The notes under the pieces: model-generated
What the model saw: the letters and a program-made list of their open reading frames with translations, nothing else
The model's database searches: none
What the model was told of the DNA's origin: nothing
In this document: positions 1 through 14,851 of the stretch, in pieces
Numbering within the stretch: the first letter of the stretch is position 1
How the letters are laid out: each line of letters begins with the position of its first letter
Made by a program: the position numbers and the translations under genes
Source: Dickeya zeae NCPPB 2538
GTDB taxonomy: Bacteria > Pseudomonadota > Gammaproteobacteria > Enterobacterales > Enterobacteriaceae
Direction: 5' to 3'
DNA length: 64,000 bases
Assembly: GCF_000406165.1 (NCBI RefSeq)
Contig: NZ_CM001977.1
Location: forward strand, 1 to 64,000

Positions 1-34
1 AAGCGGAATTTGACACAGACTATAAGAAGAGCCT

Positions 35-43
35 GTGGATAAA
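35..43 (-). promoter_or_regulatory. DnaA box (TTATCCACA on the minus strand) in the dnaA upstream region; five GATC sites lie within about 100 bp around it
   Basis: Plus-strand tgtggataa is the reverse complement of the consensus DnaA box TTATCCACA, seen directly. GATC occurs at about 47, 70, 96, 124 and 131. The E. coli dnaA promoter is autoregulated through a DnaA box and is GATC-rich (SeqA sequestration). Confidence 0.6.
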
Positions 44-269
44 AAGGATCGAAACTGTGTAGAAAGGGGAGATCTCTTTCGTGGTTTAGGTTATGATCCG
101 CCGTCCCGCTAGCGATCTCTGGATCGGGATCGTCACGGTAAAGCCGCCTTATGCGCGGCGCACCCCGGCGTAGTCGTGTCCATGCGCAGCCGGGTGCCTG
201 AAAAATCATGAGTTACATAACTAACGTCTGTTCCTTTTCTTGATTGACCTTGTTCGAGTGGAGTCCGCC

Positions 270-1658
270 GTGTCACTTTCGCTTTGGCAGCAGTGTCTTG
301 CCCGTTTGCAGGATGAGTTACCTGCCACAGAATTCAGTATGTGGATACGCCCGTTGCAGGCGGAACTGAGTGACAACACTCTGGCGCTTTACGCCCCGAA
401 TCGCTTTGTGCTGGATTGGGTGCGCGATAAATACATCAATAATATCAATGGACTGTTGAATGATTTCTGCGGCATGGATGCGCCGTTGCTACGTTTTGAA
501 GTCGGCAGTAAGCCGGCAACGCCAGTTGCCGTCCCCGTCGGCAACCATCATGCTACCGTAGCGGTTCCTCAGACGCGTGCAGCTTCACCGGTGCGCCCGA
601 GTTGGGAAACCCCGTCGGCACCGGCTGAACACACCTATCGTTCCAACGTGAACCCCAAGCATACCTTCGATAATTTCGTGGAAGGTAAATCCAACCAGTT
701 GGCCCGCGCGGCGGCGCGCCAGGTGGCGGATAATCCGGGTGGCGCGTATAACCCATTGTTTCTGTATGGCGGTACTGGTCTGGGTAAAACCCATCTACTG
801 CACGCGGTAGGTAATGGCATCATGGCGCGTAAGCCAAATGCCAAGGTGGTGTACATGCATTCCGAGCGTTTTGTGCAGGATATGGTGAAGGCACTGCAGA
901 ACAACGCGATTGAAGAATTCAAACGCTACTACCGCTCTGTGGACGCGCTGCTGATCGATGACATTCAGTTTTTTGCCAATAAAGAGCGCTCGCAGGAAGA
1001 GTTTTTCCACACATTTAATGCGTTGCTGGAAGGCAATCAACAGATCATTCTGACGTCGGATCGTTATCCCAAAGAGATCAACGGTGTGGAAGATCGCCTC
1101 AAGTCCCGCTTCGGCTGGGGGTTGACCGTGGCTATTGAACCGCCGGAACTGGAAACCCGTGTGGCGATCCTGATGAAGAAAGCGGACGAGAATGATATCC
1201 GTCTGCCCGGTGAAGTGGCGTTTTTTATCGCCAAACGCCTGCGTTCTAATGTGCGTGAGCTGGAAGGTGCACTGAATCGTGTCATCGCCAACGCCAATTT
1301 TACCGGCCGCTCGATCACCATCGATTTTGTGCGCGAGGCGCTGCGCGACCTGCTGGCGTTGCAGGAAAAACTGGTCACCATCGACAATATTCAGAAGACG
1401 GTGGCGGAGTACTATAAGATTAAAGTGGCCGACCTGTTGTCTAAACGGCGTTCACGTTCGGTGGCCCGCCCGCGTCAGATGGCGATGGCGCTGGCCAAGG
1501 AACTGACCAACCATAGCCTGCCGGAGATCGGCGACGCGTTCGGTGGCCGTGACCATACTACTGTGTTGCATGCCTGCCGCAAAATAGAGCAGCTGCGCGA
1601 AGAAAGTCACGACATCAAAGAAGATTTTTCCAATTTAATCCGAACCTTATCGTCATAA
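270..1658 (+). CDS. dnaA: Chromosomal replication initiator protein DnaA
   Basis: The translation matches DnaA throughout, with the Walker A motif [11 protein letters not shown] and the C-terminal DNA-binding domain. The track ORF starts at TTG 240, but the conserved N-terminus [17 protein letters not shown] begins at the GTG at 270, as in the E. coli GTG start. Confidence 0.95.
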   Translation: MSLSLWQQCLARLQDELPATEFSMWIRPLQAELSDNTLALYAPNRFVLDWVRDKYINNINGLLNDFCGMDAPLLRFEVGSKPATPVAVPVGNHHATVAVPQTRAASPVRPSWETPSAPAEHTYRSNVNPKHTFDNFVEGKSNQLARAAARQVADNPGGAYNPLFLYGGTGLGKTHLLHAVGNGIMARKPNAKVVYMHSERFVQDMVKALQNNAIEEFKRYYRSVDALLIDDIQFFANKERSQEEFFHTFNALLEGNQQIILTSDRYPKEINGVEDRLKSRFGWGLTVAIEPPELETRVAILMKKADENDIRLPGEVAFFIAKRLRSNVRELEGALNRVIANANFTGRSITIDFVREALRDLLALQEKLVTIDNIQKTVAEYYKIKVADLLSKRRSRSVARPRQMAMALAKELTNHSLPEIGDAFGGRDHTTVLHACRKIEQLREESHDIKEDFSNLIRTLSS

Positions 1659-1662
1659 CATC

Positions 1663-2763
1663 ATGAAATTTATCGTTGAGCGTGAGCATCTGTTAAAACC
1701 GTTGCAACAGGTCAGCAGCCCGCTGGGCGGGCGACCGACGTTGCCGATTTTGGGCAACCTGTTGTTGCAGGTCAGCGAAGGCCGGTTATCGTTGACCGGT
1801 ACCGATCTGGAAATGGAGATGGTGGCGCATCTGGCGCTGACGCAGCCCCATGAACCGGGCGCTACCACCGTACCGGCGCGCAAGTTATTCGATATTTGCC
1901 GTGGCCTGCCGGATGGGGCGGAGATTTCCGTCACGCTGGAAGGCGATCGGATGTTGGTGCGTTCCGGGCGTAGCCGTTTCTCCCTGTCCACACTGCCAGC
2001 GGCGGATTTCCCCAACCTGGACGACTGGCAGAGCGAGGTGGAATTTACCTTGCCGCAGGCGACGCTAAAACGCCTGATTGAAGCCACCCAGTTCTCGATG
2101 GCGCATCAGGATGTCCGTTACTACCTCAACGGAATGTTGTTTGAAACTGGTGGCGAGGAGTTGCGTACTGTTGCCACCGACGGTCACCGTTTGGCCGTCT
2201 GCGCCATGCCGGTTGGTCAGTCCCTGCCATCGCATTCGGTCATCGTGCCGCGTAAAGGCGTGATGGAACTGGTGCGCCTGCTGGATGGCGGCGACACGCC
2301 GTTACAGTTACAGATTGGCAGCAATAACATTCGCGCTCATGTCGGCGATTTTATCTTTACCTCCAAGCTGGTGGATGGTCGCTTCCCGGATTATCGTCGT
2401 GTGTTGCCGAAAAACCCGGACAAAACGCTGGAAGCCAGTTGCGATCTACTGCGTCAGGCGTTTTCCCGAGCGGCCATTCTGTCGAACGAGAAATTCCGTG
2501 GTGTACGCTTGTACCTCAACCAGAATCAGTTGCGTATTACCGCCAATAACCCGGAACAGGAAGAGGCGGAAGAAATTCTGGACGTGGAATACGGTGGTAC
2601 GGAGATGGAAATCGGCTTTAACGTCAGTTACGTGCTGGATGTGCTCAATGCGCTGAAGTGCGAAGAGGTGCGTATGTTGCTGACCGATTCGATATCCAGC
2701 GTCCAGCTTGAGGATGCAGCCAGCCAGGCGGCGGCTTACGTGGTCATGCCGATGCGTCTGTAA
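1663..2763 (+). CDS. dnaN: DNA polymerase III beta sliding clamp
   Basis: The 366-aa translation MKFIVEREHLLKPLQQVSSPLGGRPTLPILGNLLL... is typical DnaN. It starts 4 nt after the dnaA stop, giving the classic dnaA-dnaN arrangement. Confidence 0.96.
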   Translation: MKFIVEREHLLKPLQQVSSPLGGRPTLPILGNLLLQVSEGRLSLTGTDLEMEMVAHLALTQPHEPGATTVPARKLFDICRGLPDGAEISVTLEGDRMLVRSGRSRFSLSTLPAADFPNLDDWQSEVEFTLPQATLKRLIEATQFSMAHQDVRYYLNGMLFETGGEELRTVATDGHRLAVCAMPVGQSLPSHSVIVPRKGVMELVRLLDGGDTPLQLQIGSNNIRAHVGDFIFTSKLVDGRFPDYRRVLPKNPDKTLEASCDLLRQAFSRAAILSNEKFRGVRLYLNQNQLRITANNPEQEEAEEILDVEYGGTEMEIGFNVSYVLDVLNALKCEEVRMLLTDSISSVQLEDAASQAAAYVVMPMRL

Positions 2764-2779
2764 ATTATCTGTGCGTCTG

Positions 2780-2850
2780 CCTACCGCCACACGCCGCGCC
2801 ATTGGGTGCGGCGTGTTGTTATCGGCGGTGTGGTGGGTTTTGTTATCGGT
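2780..2850 (+). terminator. Compound GC-rich hairpin followed by a T-run (GGGTTTTGTTATC) between dnaN and recF; an attenuator or terminator-like structure
   Basis: Inverted repeats CACGCCGC ... GCGGCGTG nest inside CCGCCACAC ... GGTGTGGTGG, followed by TTTTGTT. All are seen in the sequence. Confidence 0.35.
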
Positions 2851-2903
2851 AAGGGCGCGACACGGTCTGGTATGGGCAACAAATCTGGCAAAATGGTTGT
2901 GAT

Positions 2904-6418
<3,515 letters not shown>

Positions 6419-6450
6419 TAGATAGCTATTCTTCTGGCGTAAGGCTCACA

Positions 6451-6517
6451 GAAACCCGCGTTTGACGCGGGTTTCTGCTTTTTGTCTATAGAAAACCCCT
6501 AGCCAGGCTGGGGTTTC
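6451..6517 (+). terminator. Rho-independent terminator downstream of gyrB (stem AAACCCGCG / CGCGGGTTT then TGCTTTTTGTC), followed by a second hairpin (AAACCCC / GGGGTTT)
   Basis: A perfect 9-bp stem with a 5-nt loop and a T-run, seen directly at 6452-6486. The second hairpin at 6493-6516 sits between the convergent gyrB and MFS genes. Confidence 0.6.
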
Positions 6518-6535
6518 GTTAGCGCCGGATATACT

Positions 6536-7720
6536 TTATGCAGCCAGTGCCCGTCGCCTTGTGCTGTACCACTCCTGCGCCATCGCCATCACGGCGGTAA
6601 TCACCATAAAGATAACGGCTGACCAGAAAATGGCGGACGGATGGCCTTGATCTAAAAACCAGCCGAAGACCACCGGACCACCGGCACCGCCGATATTAAA
6701 GCCGGTGGTGACCACGCCGAAGACCCGGCCTTCAGCACCGGCCGGTGATGCCGCGCGAACCAGCATATCCCGCGATGGGGCGATCATGCCGGAGAGGAAG
6801 CCTGCCACACCCAGAATCAGCGTGGTCGCCAGCGACGGCAGGGTAGATACCGCAACGATGGCGACCAGCACCGCCGTGACCACCAGCGAACCGGTGGCGA
6901 CCAGCCCGTGATGCCGGGTTTTATCCGCCAGAGAGCCACCCGCCAGTACGCCGAACGCGCTGGTAAACAAAAACGCTGTCAGCGCCAGATTGGCTTCGGT
7001 CAGCGGCATGCCGTAACCGTTCACCAGTGCGGTTACCGAGAAGTTTTGAATCGAGTTAGTGCTCAGGTTGAGCAGCATAAACAGCACCAGCAGCGACAAA
7101 ATAGGCAGGGTAAATACCGCGACTTTTGGCGCAGAGGTCTTTTTGTCGTGCGCGGTGGCGGCGGGCAATGCCTCTTGCTCGCCGAGCAACATCGGTACGG
7201 TCAGCAGCCCGAGCAGGCCGGATAAGACCAGCGCGAACTCGATACGGGTGAGGGCGGCGACGGTCAGCAAAATGGCTGGCGCGACGGCCGTGCCGAGAAA
7301 ACCGGAAAAAGTATGCACCGAGAAGGCGCGGCCCATGCGGTTTTCGGCAATACCGCGTGAGAGCAGGGCGTAATCCGATGGGTGATAGACCGCGTTGGCA
7401 AGCCCAGCCAGCGCCATGGCGATGAGCATCCAGCTGTAGCTTGTAAAGAAGCCGAGCGACAGGAAACACAGACTGCCGAGCGTCAGCCCGGCTATCAGCG
7501 TGCGACGCGGGCCGATACGGTCAACCGCAAAGCCAATCGGCGTTTGCACCAGTGCGGAAACAACGTTGAATACGCCGAGCGCCACCCCAATTTCCACGTA
7601 ACTGATGCCACGCTGTGCGGAAATCAGCGGCATCAGCGCCGGTAACACCATCATGTGGAAATGACTGACCCAGTGAGCGGCGGAGACTTGTGCCAGTAGT
7701 GGTAGCTTTTTTATTGTCAT
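6536..7720 (-). CDS. MFS transporter (12-TM-type hydrophobic profile)
   Basis: The 394-aa translation is highly hydrophobic, with MFS-like loop motifs (VDRIGPRRTL). This gene is not the E. coli neighbour of gyrB. Confidence 0.8.
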   Translation of the reverse strand: MTIKKLPLLAQVSAAHWVSHFHMMVLPALMPLISAQRGISYVEIGVALGVFNVVSALVQTPIGFAVDRIGPRRTLIAGLTLGSLCFLSLGFFTSYSWMLIAMALAGLANAVYHPSDYALLSRGIAENRMGRAFSVHTFSGFLGTAVAPAILLTVAALTRIEFALVLSGLLGLLTVPMLLGEQEALPAATAHDKKTSAPKVAVFTLPILSLLVLFMLLNLSTNSIQNFSVTALVNGYGMPLTEANLALTAFLFTSAFGVLAGGSLADKTRHHGLVATGSLVVTAVLVAIVAVSTLPSLATTLILGVAGFLSGMIAPSRDMLVRAASPAGAEGRVFGVVTTGFNIGGAGGPVVFGWFLDQGHPSAIFWSAVIFMVITAVMAMAQEWYSTRRRALAA

Positions 7721-7860
7721 GATTATTTTTATCGATTGGCTGCGCGGATGCGCAAGGCGGATTCAGCAATAAGGTTAACATATCGCCAGAATAGTTAGTC
7801 GTCTATCTTTAGACCGGCAATAATAGCCGAGGGCGCCGGGCGGGGATGGAAAAGGGCAGC

Positions 7861-7921
7861 AAAAAAGACAGAAAAAAGACAAAAAAAGTATCTGACTGCT
7901 GCTGCTCGCCTCCGCAGTCAG
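7861..7921 (-). terminator. Rho-independent terminator of rsmJ on the minus strand (hairpin CTGACTGC / GCAGTCAG followed by a long U-rich tract)
   Basis: On the minus strand an 8-bp stem is followed by TACTTTTTTTGTCTTTTTTCTGTCTTTTTT. The plus strand shows the A-rich repeats aaaaaagaca gaaaaaagac aaaaaaag. Confidence 0.55.
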
Positions 7922-7931
7922 TACGCAAGAT

Positions 7932-8684
7932 TTACTGGGTGATGGGCAGGTAAAAATCGAACCGGTGGCTTTTGGTTTCCAGCGCCGACTGAGCGGGCAC
8001 GCCAGCAAGTGGTGGTGCGTAATCCGGGCGTTTGACCACGACCCGTTTTTTTGCAAGACGGCGGGCCGGTTCCAGCAAGGCATCGGCGTCATCGTCAGCA
8101 CCCACCAGCGACTGAAACACCCGCATCTCCTTTTTCACCAGCGCGCTTTTCTGGCGGTGGGGAAACATCGGGTCAAGATAGACCACGTCTGGGGGTGGGG
8201 TAATAGCAGACAACGCGTCAATGCTGGAAGCGTGTAGCAGCGTCAGGCGCTGTTGCAGCCAGCCACCGATCTCCGGGTCCTGATAACCGCGTTGCAGGCC
8301 ATCATCGAGCAACGCCGCCACCACCGGGTGGCGTTCCACCATGCGCACCCGGCAACCGAGCGCCGCCAGCACAAAGGCATCACGCCCCAGGCCCGCGGTC
8401 GCGTCCACCACATCGGGTAAATAGTCTTTTTTGATGCCGACGGCTTTGGCGACGGCTTCACCACGCCCACCGCCGAAGCGGCGGCGATGCGCCATCGCGC
8501 CAGAAACGAAATCCACACAGATGGCACCGAGCTTCGGTTCATCGCATTTGCGCAGTTCCAGTCGCTCGGGGGTGAGCACCAACGCCAGCATGGCGTCGGT
8601 GTCGTTTTCCAAACCCCAGCGTTGTGCCAGAGTAGCCAGTGCCTCAGAGTCGGCACCGGCTTCGGTCAGTAACGCAATTTTCAT
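7932..8684 (-). CDS. rsmJ: 16S rRNA (guanine1516-N2)-methyltransferase RsmJ (YhiQ)
   Basis: The 250-aa translation carries a SAM-dependent methyltransferase motif ([19 protein letters not shown]). Its start overlaps the prlC stop by 4 nt, as in the E. coli prlC-yhiQ operon. Confidence 0.88.
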   Translation of the reverse strand: MKIALLTEAGADSEALATLAQRWGLENDTDAMLALVLTPERLELRKCDEPKLGAICVDFVSGAMAHRRRFGGGRGEAVAKAVGIKKDYLPDVVDATAGLGRDAFVLAALGCRVRMVERHPVVAALLDDGLQRGYQDPEIGGWLQQRLTLLHASSIDALSAITPPPDVVYLDPMFPHRQKSALVKKEMRVFQSLVGADDDADALLEPARRLAKKRVVVKRPDYAPPLAGVPAQSALETKSHRFDFYLPITQ

Positions 8685-10723
8685 CCCTGAATGCCGTAGT
8701 GTTTCAGCATCGCATCCAGTTGCGGCTCACGGCCACGGAAGCGTTTGAACAGTTCCATCGGCGCTTCGGAGCCGCCGCGAGACAGGATGTTTTCCAGGAA
8801 TGACAGGCCGGTGTCGCGGTTGAAGATGCCTTCTTCTTCAAAACGGGAGAACGCGTCTGCCGCCAGCACATCGGCCCACAGGTAGCTGTAATACCCGGCG
8901 GCGTAGCCACCAGCGAAGATGTGGCTGAATGAGTGCGGGAAGCGATTCCATTCCGGGCTTTTCACCACGGAAACCTGTGATTTCACCTCTGCCAGGGTTT
9001 CCAGCACGCGAGCACCGGTGGCCGGGTTGTAACCGGCGTGCAGACGGAAGTCGAACAGGCCGAACTCCAACTGACGCAGGATGAACAGCGCTGCCTGATA
9101 GTTTTTCGCTGCCAGCATTTTGTCCAGCATGTCCTGCGGCAGCGGTTCGCCGGTCTCGTAATGACCGGAGATAAAAGCCAGCGCATCCGGCTCCCAGCAC
9201 CAGTTTTCCATAAACTGGCTCGGCAGTTCGACGGCATCCCACGGCACACCGTTGATGCCGGAGACGCCAGCGGTGTCGATACGGGTCAGCATATGGTGCA
9301 GCCCGTGCCCGAATTCATGGAACAGCGTGGTGACTTCGTCGTGGGTAAACAGCGCGGGTTTGCCGTCGATCGGACGGTTAAAGTTACAGGTCAGGTACGC
9401 CACCGGCTTTTGCAGCTCGCCGTTGGCTTTGCGCAGACGGCCGACGCAATCGTCCATCCAGGCACCGCCACGTTTGTGTTCGCGGGCGTACAGATCGAGG
9501 TAGAAGCTCCCCAGCAATTCACCGTCTTCGGCAAACAGGTCGAAGAAGCGCACTTCCGGGTGCCAGACGTCAACGTCCTGACGCTCTTTGGCGGTGATGC
9601 CATAAATACGTTTTACGACTTCGAACAACCCTTCCAATACGCGCGGTTCAGGGAAGTACGGGCGTAGCTGTTCGTCGCTGATGGAATACAGGTGTTGTTT
9701 TTGCTGTTCGGCATAATAGCTGATGTCCCACGGGTTCAGCTCATCAACGCCACACTGTGCTTTAGCGAACGCGCGCAGCTGTGCCAGCTCCTGTTCCCCT
9801 TGCGGGCGGGCGCGTTTAGCCAAATCGGTCAGGAAATCCAGCACCTGTTGTGGGTTTTCTGCCATTTTGGTGGCCAGCGATTTGTCGGCAAAGCTGGCGA
9901 AGCCCAGCAGTTGCGCCAGTTCATGACGCAGCGCCAGCGTTTCGGCCATCACCTCGCTGTTATCCCACTTACCGGCGTTCGGGCCTTGTTCTGACGCACG
10001 GGTCACATAGGCGCGGTACATCTCTTCGCGCAGCGCCTGATTGGCGCAGTAGGTCATGACCGGCAGGTAGCTTGGAATATCCAGCGTCAGCAGCCAGCCC
10101 TGTTGTTCTTTCGCTTGTGCCAGCGCTTTGGCCGCGGCCAGCGCACTTTCCGGCAGACCTTCCAGCTCGCTGACATCGGTTATCAGCTTGGTCCAGCCCA
10201 TGGTGGCGTCCAGCACGTTGTTGCTGAACTGCGACCCCAGTTCGGACAAGCGGGAAGCGATGTCGCCGTAGCGTTTTTGCTGTTCCGGCGGCAGGGCAAT
10301 CCCGGACAATTCAAAGTCACGCAGGGCGTTATCCACCGCTTTTTTCTGTGCGATGCTCAGGCTGGCGTAATGTTCGCCGTCACGCAGCTCACGGTAGGCA
10401 CGGTACAACCCGGCATGCTGGCCCACCCAGGTGCCGTATTCAGACAGCAGCGGCAGGCATTGTTCATAGGCGCTACGCAATTCCGGGCTGTTTTTCACCG
10501 AATTCAGGTGGCTGACCGGGGAGAAAATGCGCCCCAGTCTGTCATCACTTTCCGCCAGCGGCTGACACAGGTTATCCCAGGTGAACGGCCCCGGCTGCGC
10601 CACCACGCGCTCGACCGTCTGGCGACAATCGTTCAGTGCGGCTTGTACGGCGGGGAGGATGTGTTCAATCTGGATCTGGGAGAACGGCGGCAGGATAAAG
10701 GAGGAAAGTAATGGATTGGTCAT
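8681..10723 (-). CDS. prlC: Oligopeptidase A (M3 family zinc metallopeptidase)
   Basis: The 680-aa translation contains the HEFGH zinc-binding motif ([15 protein letters not shown]). Its length and position next to rsmJ fit PrlC. Confidence 0.94.
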   Translation of the reverse strand: MTNPLLSSFILPPFSQIQIEHILPAVQAALNDCRQTVERVVAQPGPFTWDNLCQPLAESDDRLGRIFSPVSHLNSVKNSPELRSAYEQCLPLLSEYGTWVGQHAGLYRAYRELRDGEHYASLSIAQKKAVDNALRDFELSGIALPPEQQKRYGDIASRLSELGSQFSNNVLDATMGWTKLITDVSELEGLPESALAAAKALAQAKEQQGWLLTLDIPSYLPVMTYCANQALREEMYRAYVTRASEQGPNAGKWDNSEVMAETLALRHELAQLLGFASFADKSLATKMAENPQQVLDFLTDLAKRARPQGEQELAQLRAFAKAQCGVDELNPWDISYYAEQQKQHLYSISDEQLRPYFPEPRVLEGLFEVVKRIYGITAKERQDVDVWHPEVRFFDLFAEDGELLGSFYLDLYAREHKRGGAWMDDCVGRLRKANGELQKPVAYLTCNFNRPIDGKPALFTHDEVTTLFHEFGHGLHHMLTRIDTAGVSGINGVPWDAVELPSQFMENWCWEPDALAFISGHYETGEPLPQDMLDKMLAAKNYQAALFILRQLEFGLFDFRLHAGYNPATGARVLETLAEVKSQVSVVKSPEWNRFPHSFSHIFAGGYAAGYYSYLWADVLAADAFSRFEEEGIFNRDTGLSFLENILSRGGSEAPMELFKRFRGREPQLDAMLKHYGIQG

Positions 10724-10848
10724 GGCACAGTCCTGAAATCTATTGATGATGACTTAACATGAGGGGTAATGAGGGGAAAATCAATGGCAGGGCGCACAAC
10801 AGGCCAAGGCCGACGGTAAAAAGCGACGGTTAGCGGTGATGACGATGC

Positions 10849-11133
10849 TCAGGCGGGGTGATCGTAACCGGCGTAAAACCAGGCTATCAGCGACGGGTTG
10901 CTGACATCGGTAAAAAACTCCGCCACGATATCGCGTATCAATCCGTAACGGCGGCACAGTTGCCCGGCTTCAAACGCGGCTTGTTGTCGGCCTCGCAGTG
11001 ACGCACGCTGGTGTGCGTAACCGCAGACGTAGCCACGGCGATAATCATCGCAATGGTGGCGGATATCGTTCATCGATTGCGGTGTACTGGCGTGTAGCCC
11101 CGCCAAAATGCCGTCGCCAAAGTGGTTTTTCAT
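10849..11133 (-). CDS. Small hypothetical protein (about 94 aa) upstream of prlC
   Basis: The ORF is MKNHFGDGILAGLHASTPQSMNDIRHHCDDYRRGYVCGYAHQRASLRG... The track's longer N-terminal extension is AT-rich and looks non-coding. No family was recognised. Confidence 0.35.
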   Translation of the reverse strand: MKNHFGDGILAGLHASTPQSMNDIRHHCDDYRRGYVCGYAHQRASLRGRQQAAFEAGQLCRRYGLIRDIVAEFFTDVSNPSLIAWFYAGYDHPA

Positions 11134-11320
11134 AAGCGTCGTATCCAGAATATACGATATATAAATTATTATATAACGAAAAGGGCGGGTTGAAAAAGGT
11201 GAGTTATTCAACTCCCCCGAGGTGGATAGCGGTGATTGTGGGGGTATTTTGTGGCGCTAACCGTTTATACTATGGCGATTAGCGGCAAACGCGCCCTCAT
11301 TGACCGGAAATCCATACGTT

Positions 11321-12163
11321 ATGCTGAGTTATCGCCACAGTTTTCATGCCGGCAATCATGCCGATGTGCTGAAGCACACTGTCCAGAGCCTGATCATTAA
11401 TGCGCTGAAAGAGAAGGACAAACCGTTCCTGTATCTGGATACGCATTCCGGCGCGGGCCGTTATCAGTTACAGAGCGAACATGCCGAGCGCACCGGTGAA
11501 TACCTCGACGGCATTGGCCGTATCTGGCAGCGGGATGATATTCCGGTGGAACTGGAGCCGTACATGCAGGTGGTCCGTTCCTATAATTCCGGCGACAAAC
11601 TGCGTTACTACCCCGGTTCGCCGCTGATTGCCCGCCAGTTGCTGCGCGAGTACGACAAAATTCATCTTACAGAGCTGCATCCGACCGACTTTCCATTGCT
11701 GCGTCAGGAGTTTCTGCGTGACGACCGGGCGCGGGTGGTGCGTGAAGATGGCTACCAACAACTGAAAGCCCAGTTACCGCCGCTGTCGCGTCGTGGGTTG
11801 ATTCTGATCGACCCGCCTTACGAACTGAAAACCGATTATCAGGCGGTGGTGAAAGGGATTCAGGAAGGCTATCGCCGCTTTGCCACCGGCGTGTATGCGC
11901 TGTGGTATCCAGTGGTGTTGCGTCAGCACATCAAACGTTTGCTCAAAGATCTGGAAGACACCGGTATTCGCCGTATCCTGCAAATCGAGCTGGCCGTGTT
12001 GCCGGATAGCGATCGCCACGGTATGACTGCCTCCGGCATGATTGTCATTAATCCGCCGTGGAAACTGGAGTCCCAGATGAAAAGCGTGCTGCCGTGGTTG
12101 CATCAGGCGTTGGTGCCTGCCGGTACCGGCCACACGCTGGTTGAGTGGGTGGTGCCGGAGTAA
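11321..12163 (+). CDS. rlmJ: 23S rRNA (adenine2030-N6)-methyltransferase RlmJ (YhiR)
   Basis: The translation from the internal ATG, MLSYRHSFHAGNHADVLKHTVQSLII..., matches the E. coli RlmJ N-terminus. The track start at 11300 adds 7 residues. Confidence 0.88.
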   Translation: MLSYRHSFHAGNHADVLKHTVQSLIINALKEKDKPFLYLDTHSGAGRYQLQSEHAERTGEYLDGIGRIWQRDDIPVELEPYMQVVRSYNSGDKLRYYPGSPLIARQLLREYDKIHLTELHPTDFPLLRQEFLRDDRARVVREDGYQQLKAQLPPLSRRGLILIDPPYELKTDYQAVVKGIQEGYRRFATGVYALWYPVVLRQHIKRLLKDLEDTGIRRILQIELAVLPDSDRHGMTASGMIVINPPWKLESQMKSVLPWLHQALVPAGTGHTLVEWVVPE

Positions 12164-12202
12164 GCGCCAGGCTTACCCCTCACAACCCATTGTTATACCG
12201 GG

Positions 12203-13117
12203 TTATACCTCAAAAGTGGCCAGGTCAGTGGCGACGTCTGTCGCCGCAAACAGCGTCTGGCATTCCTGACGTAACCGTTCCAGATCAGCCTGACCATAGC
12301 GGGCGCTGAAATGGGTGATGATCAACCGCTTCGCGCCCGCGTCTCGCGCCGTGGCGGCGGTTTGCAGGGTGGTGGAGTGACCGCGTTCGTTAGCGCGCTC
12401 CGCCATTGATCCTTCCACTGTGGCTTCGTGCACCATGACATCGACCCCCGCAGCCAGCTTGAGTGCTTCCGGCGTTGGGCGGGTATCGCCGAAAATCGCC
12501 AGCGATTTACCCGGCAGACTGGGGCCGAGGTAATCCCAGCCGTTCAGTACCTGCCCGTCATCAAGAGTGACCGTTTCCCCGCGTTTTAACTGCTGGAAAT
12601 AAGCACCGGGTTTGATGCCCTGTGCCGCCAGTTTTTCCACATCCAGCGCCCCCGGTTTGGGGCGTTCCTCAATGCGGTAGCCGAGGCAATACAGCGTGTG
12701 AGACAGTTCATGCGCCGTCACCCGTAACTGCGCGTCTTCGAATACCGTACCGGGACCCACTTCCACCACCTCCAGCGGATACGTCAGCCAGGAACCGCTC
12801 AGCGTCAGCGCGGTTTCGATGAAGGTTTTCAACCCAGCCGGGCCGTAGAGCGTCAGCGGTGTGTCGATACCCGCCATGGAGCGGGAACACAGCAAACCGG
12901 GCAACCCGAACAGATGGTCGCCGTGCAGATGGGTGATAAAAATTTTCTCCAGCTTGCCGGGTTTGATTGGGGTGTGCAGAATCTGGTGCTGGGTGCCTTC
13001 ACCGCAGTCAAACAGCCAGAATGCCGGGCGAATGCCGTGCAAGTCGAGCGCGATACTGGTGACGTTGCGCTCTTTGGTCGGCACGCCTGCGTTGGTGCCG
13101 AGAAAAATCAGTTTCAT
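12203..13117 (-). CDS. rbn: Ribonuclease BN / RNase Z (metallo-beta-lactamase fold)
   Basis: The 304-aa translation [26 protein letters not shown]...[18 protein letters not shown]... has the HxHxDH motif and resembles E. coli RNase BN (ElaC) along its length. It begins 10 nt after the rtcR stop. Confidence 0.88.
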   Translation of the reverse strand: MKLIFLGTNAGVPTKERNVTSIALDLHGIRPAFWLFDCGEGTQHQILHTPIKPGKLEKIFITHLHGDHLFGLPGLLCSRSMAGIDTPLTLYGPAGLKTFIETALTLSGSWLTYPLEVVEVGPGTVFEDAQLRVTAHELSHTLYCLGYRIEERPKPGALDVEKLAAQGIKPGAYFQQLKRGETVTLDDGQVLNGWDYLGPSLPGKSLAIFGDTRPTPEALKLAAGVDVMVHEATVEGSMAERANERGHSTTLQTAATARDAGAKRLIITHFSARYGQADLERLRQECQTLFAATDVATDLATFEV

Positions 13118-13127
13118 GCAAATTCCT

Positions 13128-14717
13128 TTATATCGAGTCGGCGTTTTTCACATCATCCCAGCTCAGTCCAAAGCGGGCCAGGTACTTGCGTAGCCTGTCG
13201 GCGTCATTGGGCTGTTTTTTCTGGCGGCGTGAAATCGCAAACAGTGTACGCCCGGCTTCTGACAGGCTGTGGGCTTGCCGACAGACCTCTAACACGCGCT
13301 CAAGCTGGCATTGCTCGAAGATATCCAGCTCACCGAGGTGGGCAGGCAAGGTTGTCGTGGCAGCAGGGCCTCGCCACTGCTGTTTAAGACGTTGAATTTC
13401 TTCATCTACCAGCGTGGTATTAATGCGCCCCTGTTCGGCGAGCGTGGCCATACGATGTACGCTGGCGCCAAGCTCGCGAAAGTTGCCCCGCCAGCTGGCG
13501 TGCTCCGAACAGGCAAAGGCCAGAAAACGCTGGCGTGCTTCTTTATCAAACCGTACCTGGACTTGTTGTTGTTGGGCGAAGCGGTGTAATTCAAAGTCCA
13601 GGTTAGGTTCGATATCTTCACACCGTTGCGCCAGGCCTGGCAGCGGAAAAGTCCACATATTGATGCGGGCGTACAGATCTTCACGAAAATGCCCTTCCTC
13701 CACCCAGTGCGGCATATCCCGGTGAGTGCCGGCAATCAACTGAAAATCGCTGCTGACCTCTTTATCGGAACCAAACGGCAGGAAGCGCTTTTCTTCGATG
13801 GCTTTCAACAACATCGCCTGTTCATCCTGGCCTAACTCACCGATCTCATCGAGAAACAAAACGCCGCCATCGGCTTCCCGCAGCAGCCCCGCGCGTGATT
13901 GCTGCGCTCCGGTAAACGCGCCGCGAACATGACCAAACAACGTGGACATCGCATTATCGCCGCGCAGTGTGGCGCAATTGACGGCGACAAACTTTCCGTT
14001 GACCTGATGGCGTGATGCCTTGAGCTGATAAATACGGTTGGCCAGAAAGGATTTGCCAGCGCCGGTGGGGCCGGTTAACAAAATTGGGGCTGAAGAGCGC
14101 AGGGCGACCCGCTCAATCTGATCGATGATGCGATTAAATGTCGCGTTACGGGTGGCGATACCTGCTTTCAGAAATGAAACCGATGCTTGTTGTTCCCGCA
14201 GGAAGCGGCTGGTAATGGCGGTGTAACGGCTGAGATCGAGGTCGATAACCGTGTACTGCCCGATAGGGGAAGGCGCTTCGTCGTTATGGTCAGACGGGCC
14301 GGTTTGCAGCAGCCGGGCTGGCAGGTAGCGTGCTTCCGTTAGCAGAAACCAGCAAATCTGCACCACGTGCGTGCCGGTAGTGATGTGCACCAGATACTCT
14401 TCGTGTTCTGTATCAAAGGGATAATGGGCCGCAAAGTCGAGAAACGTGGTGTATACCTCTTCGAAGTCCCAGGGGTCGGCGAGTTCAACCTCATGCAGGC
14501 TCACGGTGGTGATGGGGGATATCTGGCCGATATCTTCCCGAACCTGTTGCGCCAGCCCGAGACTACGCGGCTGATAGAGCAATTCCAGTCGATCAATGGG
14601 TAAATCCGGTTGCTGGCAGGCGGCGATGGTCGGTCTCCATCTATTCCAGCGGTTTTGTCGTTTCCCTCGTTTATCCAGCGCCGTACCCAGCACGCCAATC
14701 ATGACTCTTCGCTTCAT
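13128..14717 (-). CDS. rtcR: Sigma54-dependent transcriptional regulator RtcR (CARF-like N-terminus, AAA+ sigma54 activator domain, C-terminal HTH)
   Basis: The 529-aa translation is collinear with E. coli RtcR, including [11 protein letters not shown] and GAFTGA-type (GAFTGAQQ) motifs. It is transcribed divergently from the rtcB-containing operon. Confidence 0.92.
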   Translation of the reverse strand: MKRRVMIGVLGTALDKRGKRQNRWNRWRPTIAACQQPDLPIDRLELLYQPRSLGLAQQVREDIGQISPITTVSLHEVELADPWDFEEVYTTFLDFAAHYPFDTEHEEYLVHITTGTHVVQICWFLLTEARYLPARLLQTGPSDHNDEAPSPIGQYTVIDLDLSRYTAITSRFLREQQASVSFLKAGIATRNATFNRIIDQIERVALRSSAPILLTGPTGAGKSFLANRIYQLKASRHQVNGKFVAVNCATLRGDNAMSTLFGHVRGAFTGAQQSRAGLLREADGGVLFLDEIGELGQDEQAMLLKAIEEKRFLPFGSDKEVSSDFQLIAGTHRDMPHWVEEGHFREDLYARINMWTFPLPGLAQRCEDIEPNLDFELHRFAQQQQVQVRFDKEARQRFLAFACSEHASWRGNFRELGASVHRMATLAEQGRINTTLVDEEIQRLKQQWRGPAATTTLPAHLGELDIFEQCQLERVLEVCRQAHSLSEAGRTLFAISRRQKKQPNDADRLRKYLARFGLSWDDVKNADSI

Positions 14718-14851
14718 GCTTTATCCTTTTTTATAAATACTTATCTAAAAAAATATTACTTTATCGGTTTAATGATTAACAGAGTAAGTGATGCGTAAAT
14801 AAATTCATTGAAAATCATTAAGTTGAATTTATTTTTGTGAATAGGGAAGGA

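Noticed and set aside
7861-7890. A-rich short repeats (aaaaaagaca gaaaaaagac aaaaaaag) considered as a possible repeat array
   Set aside because: There are only three short degenerate units, with no spacer structure. They are better explained as the U-rich tail of the minus-strand rsmJ terminator.
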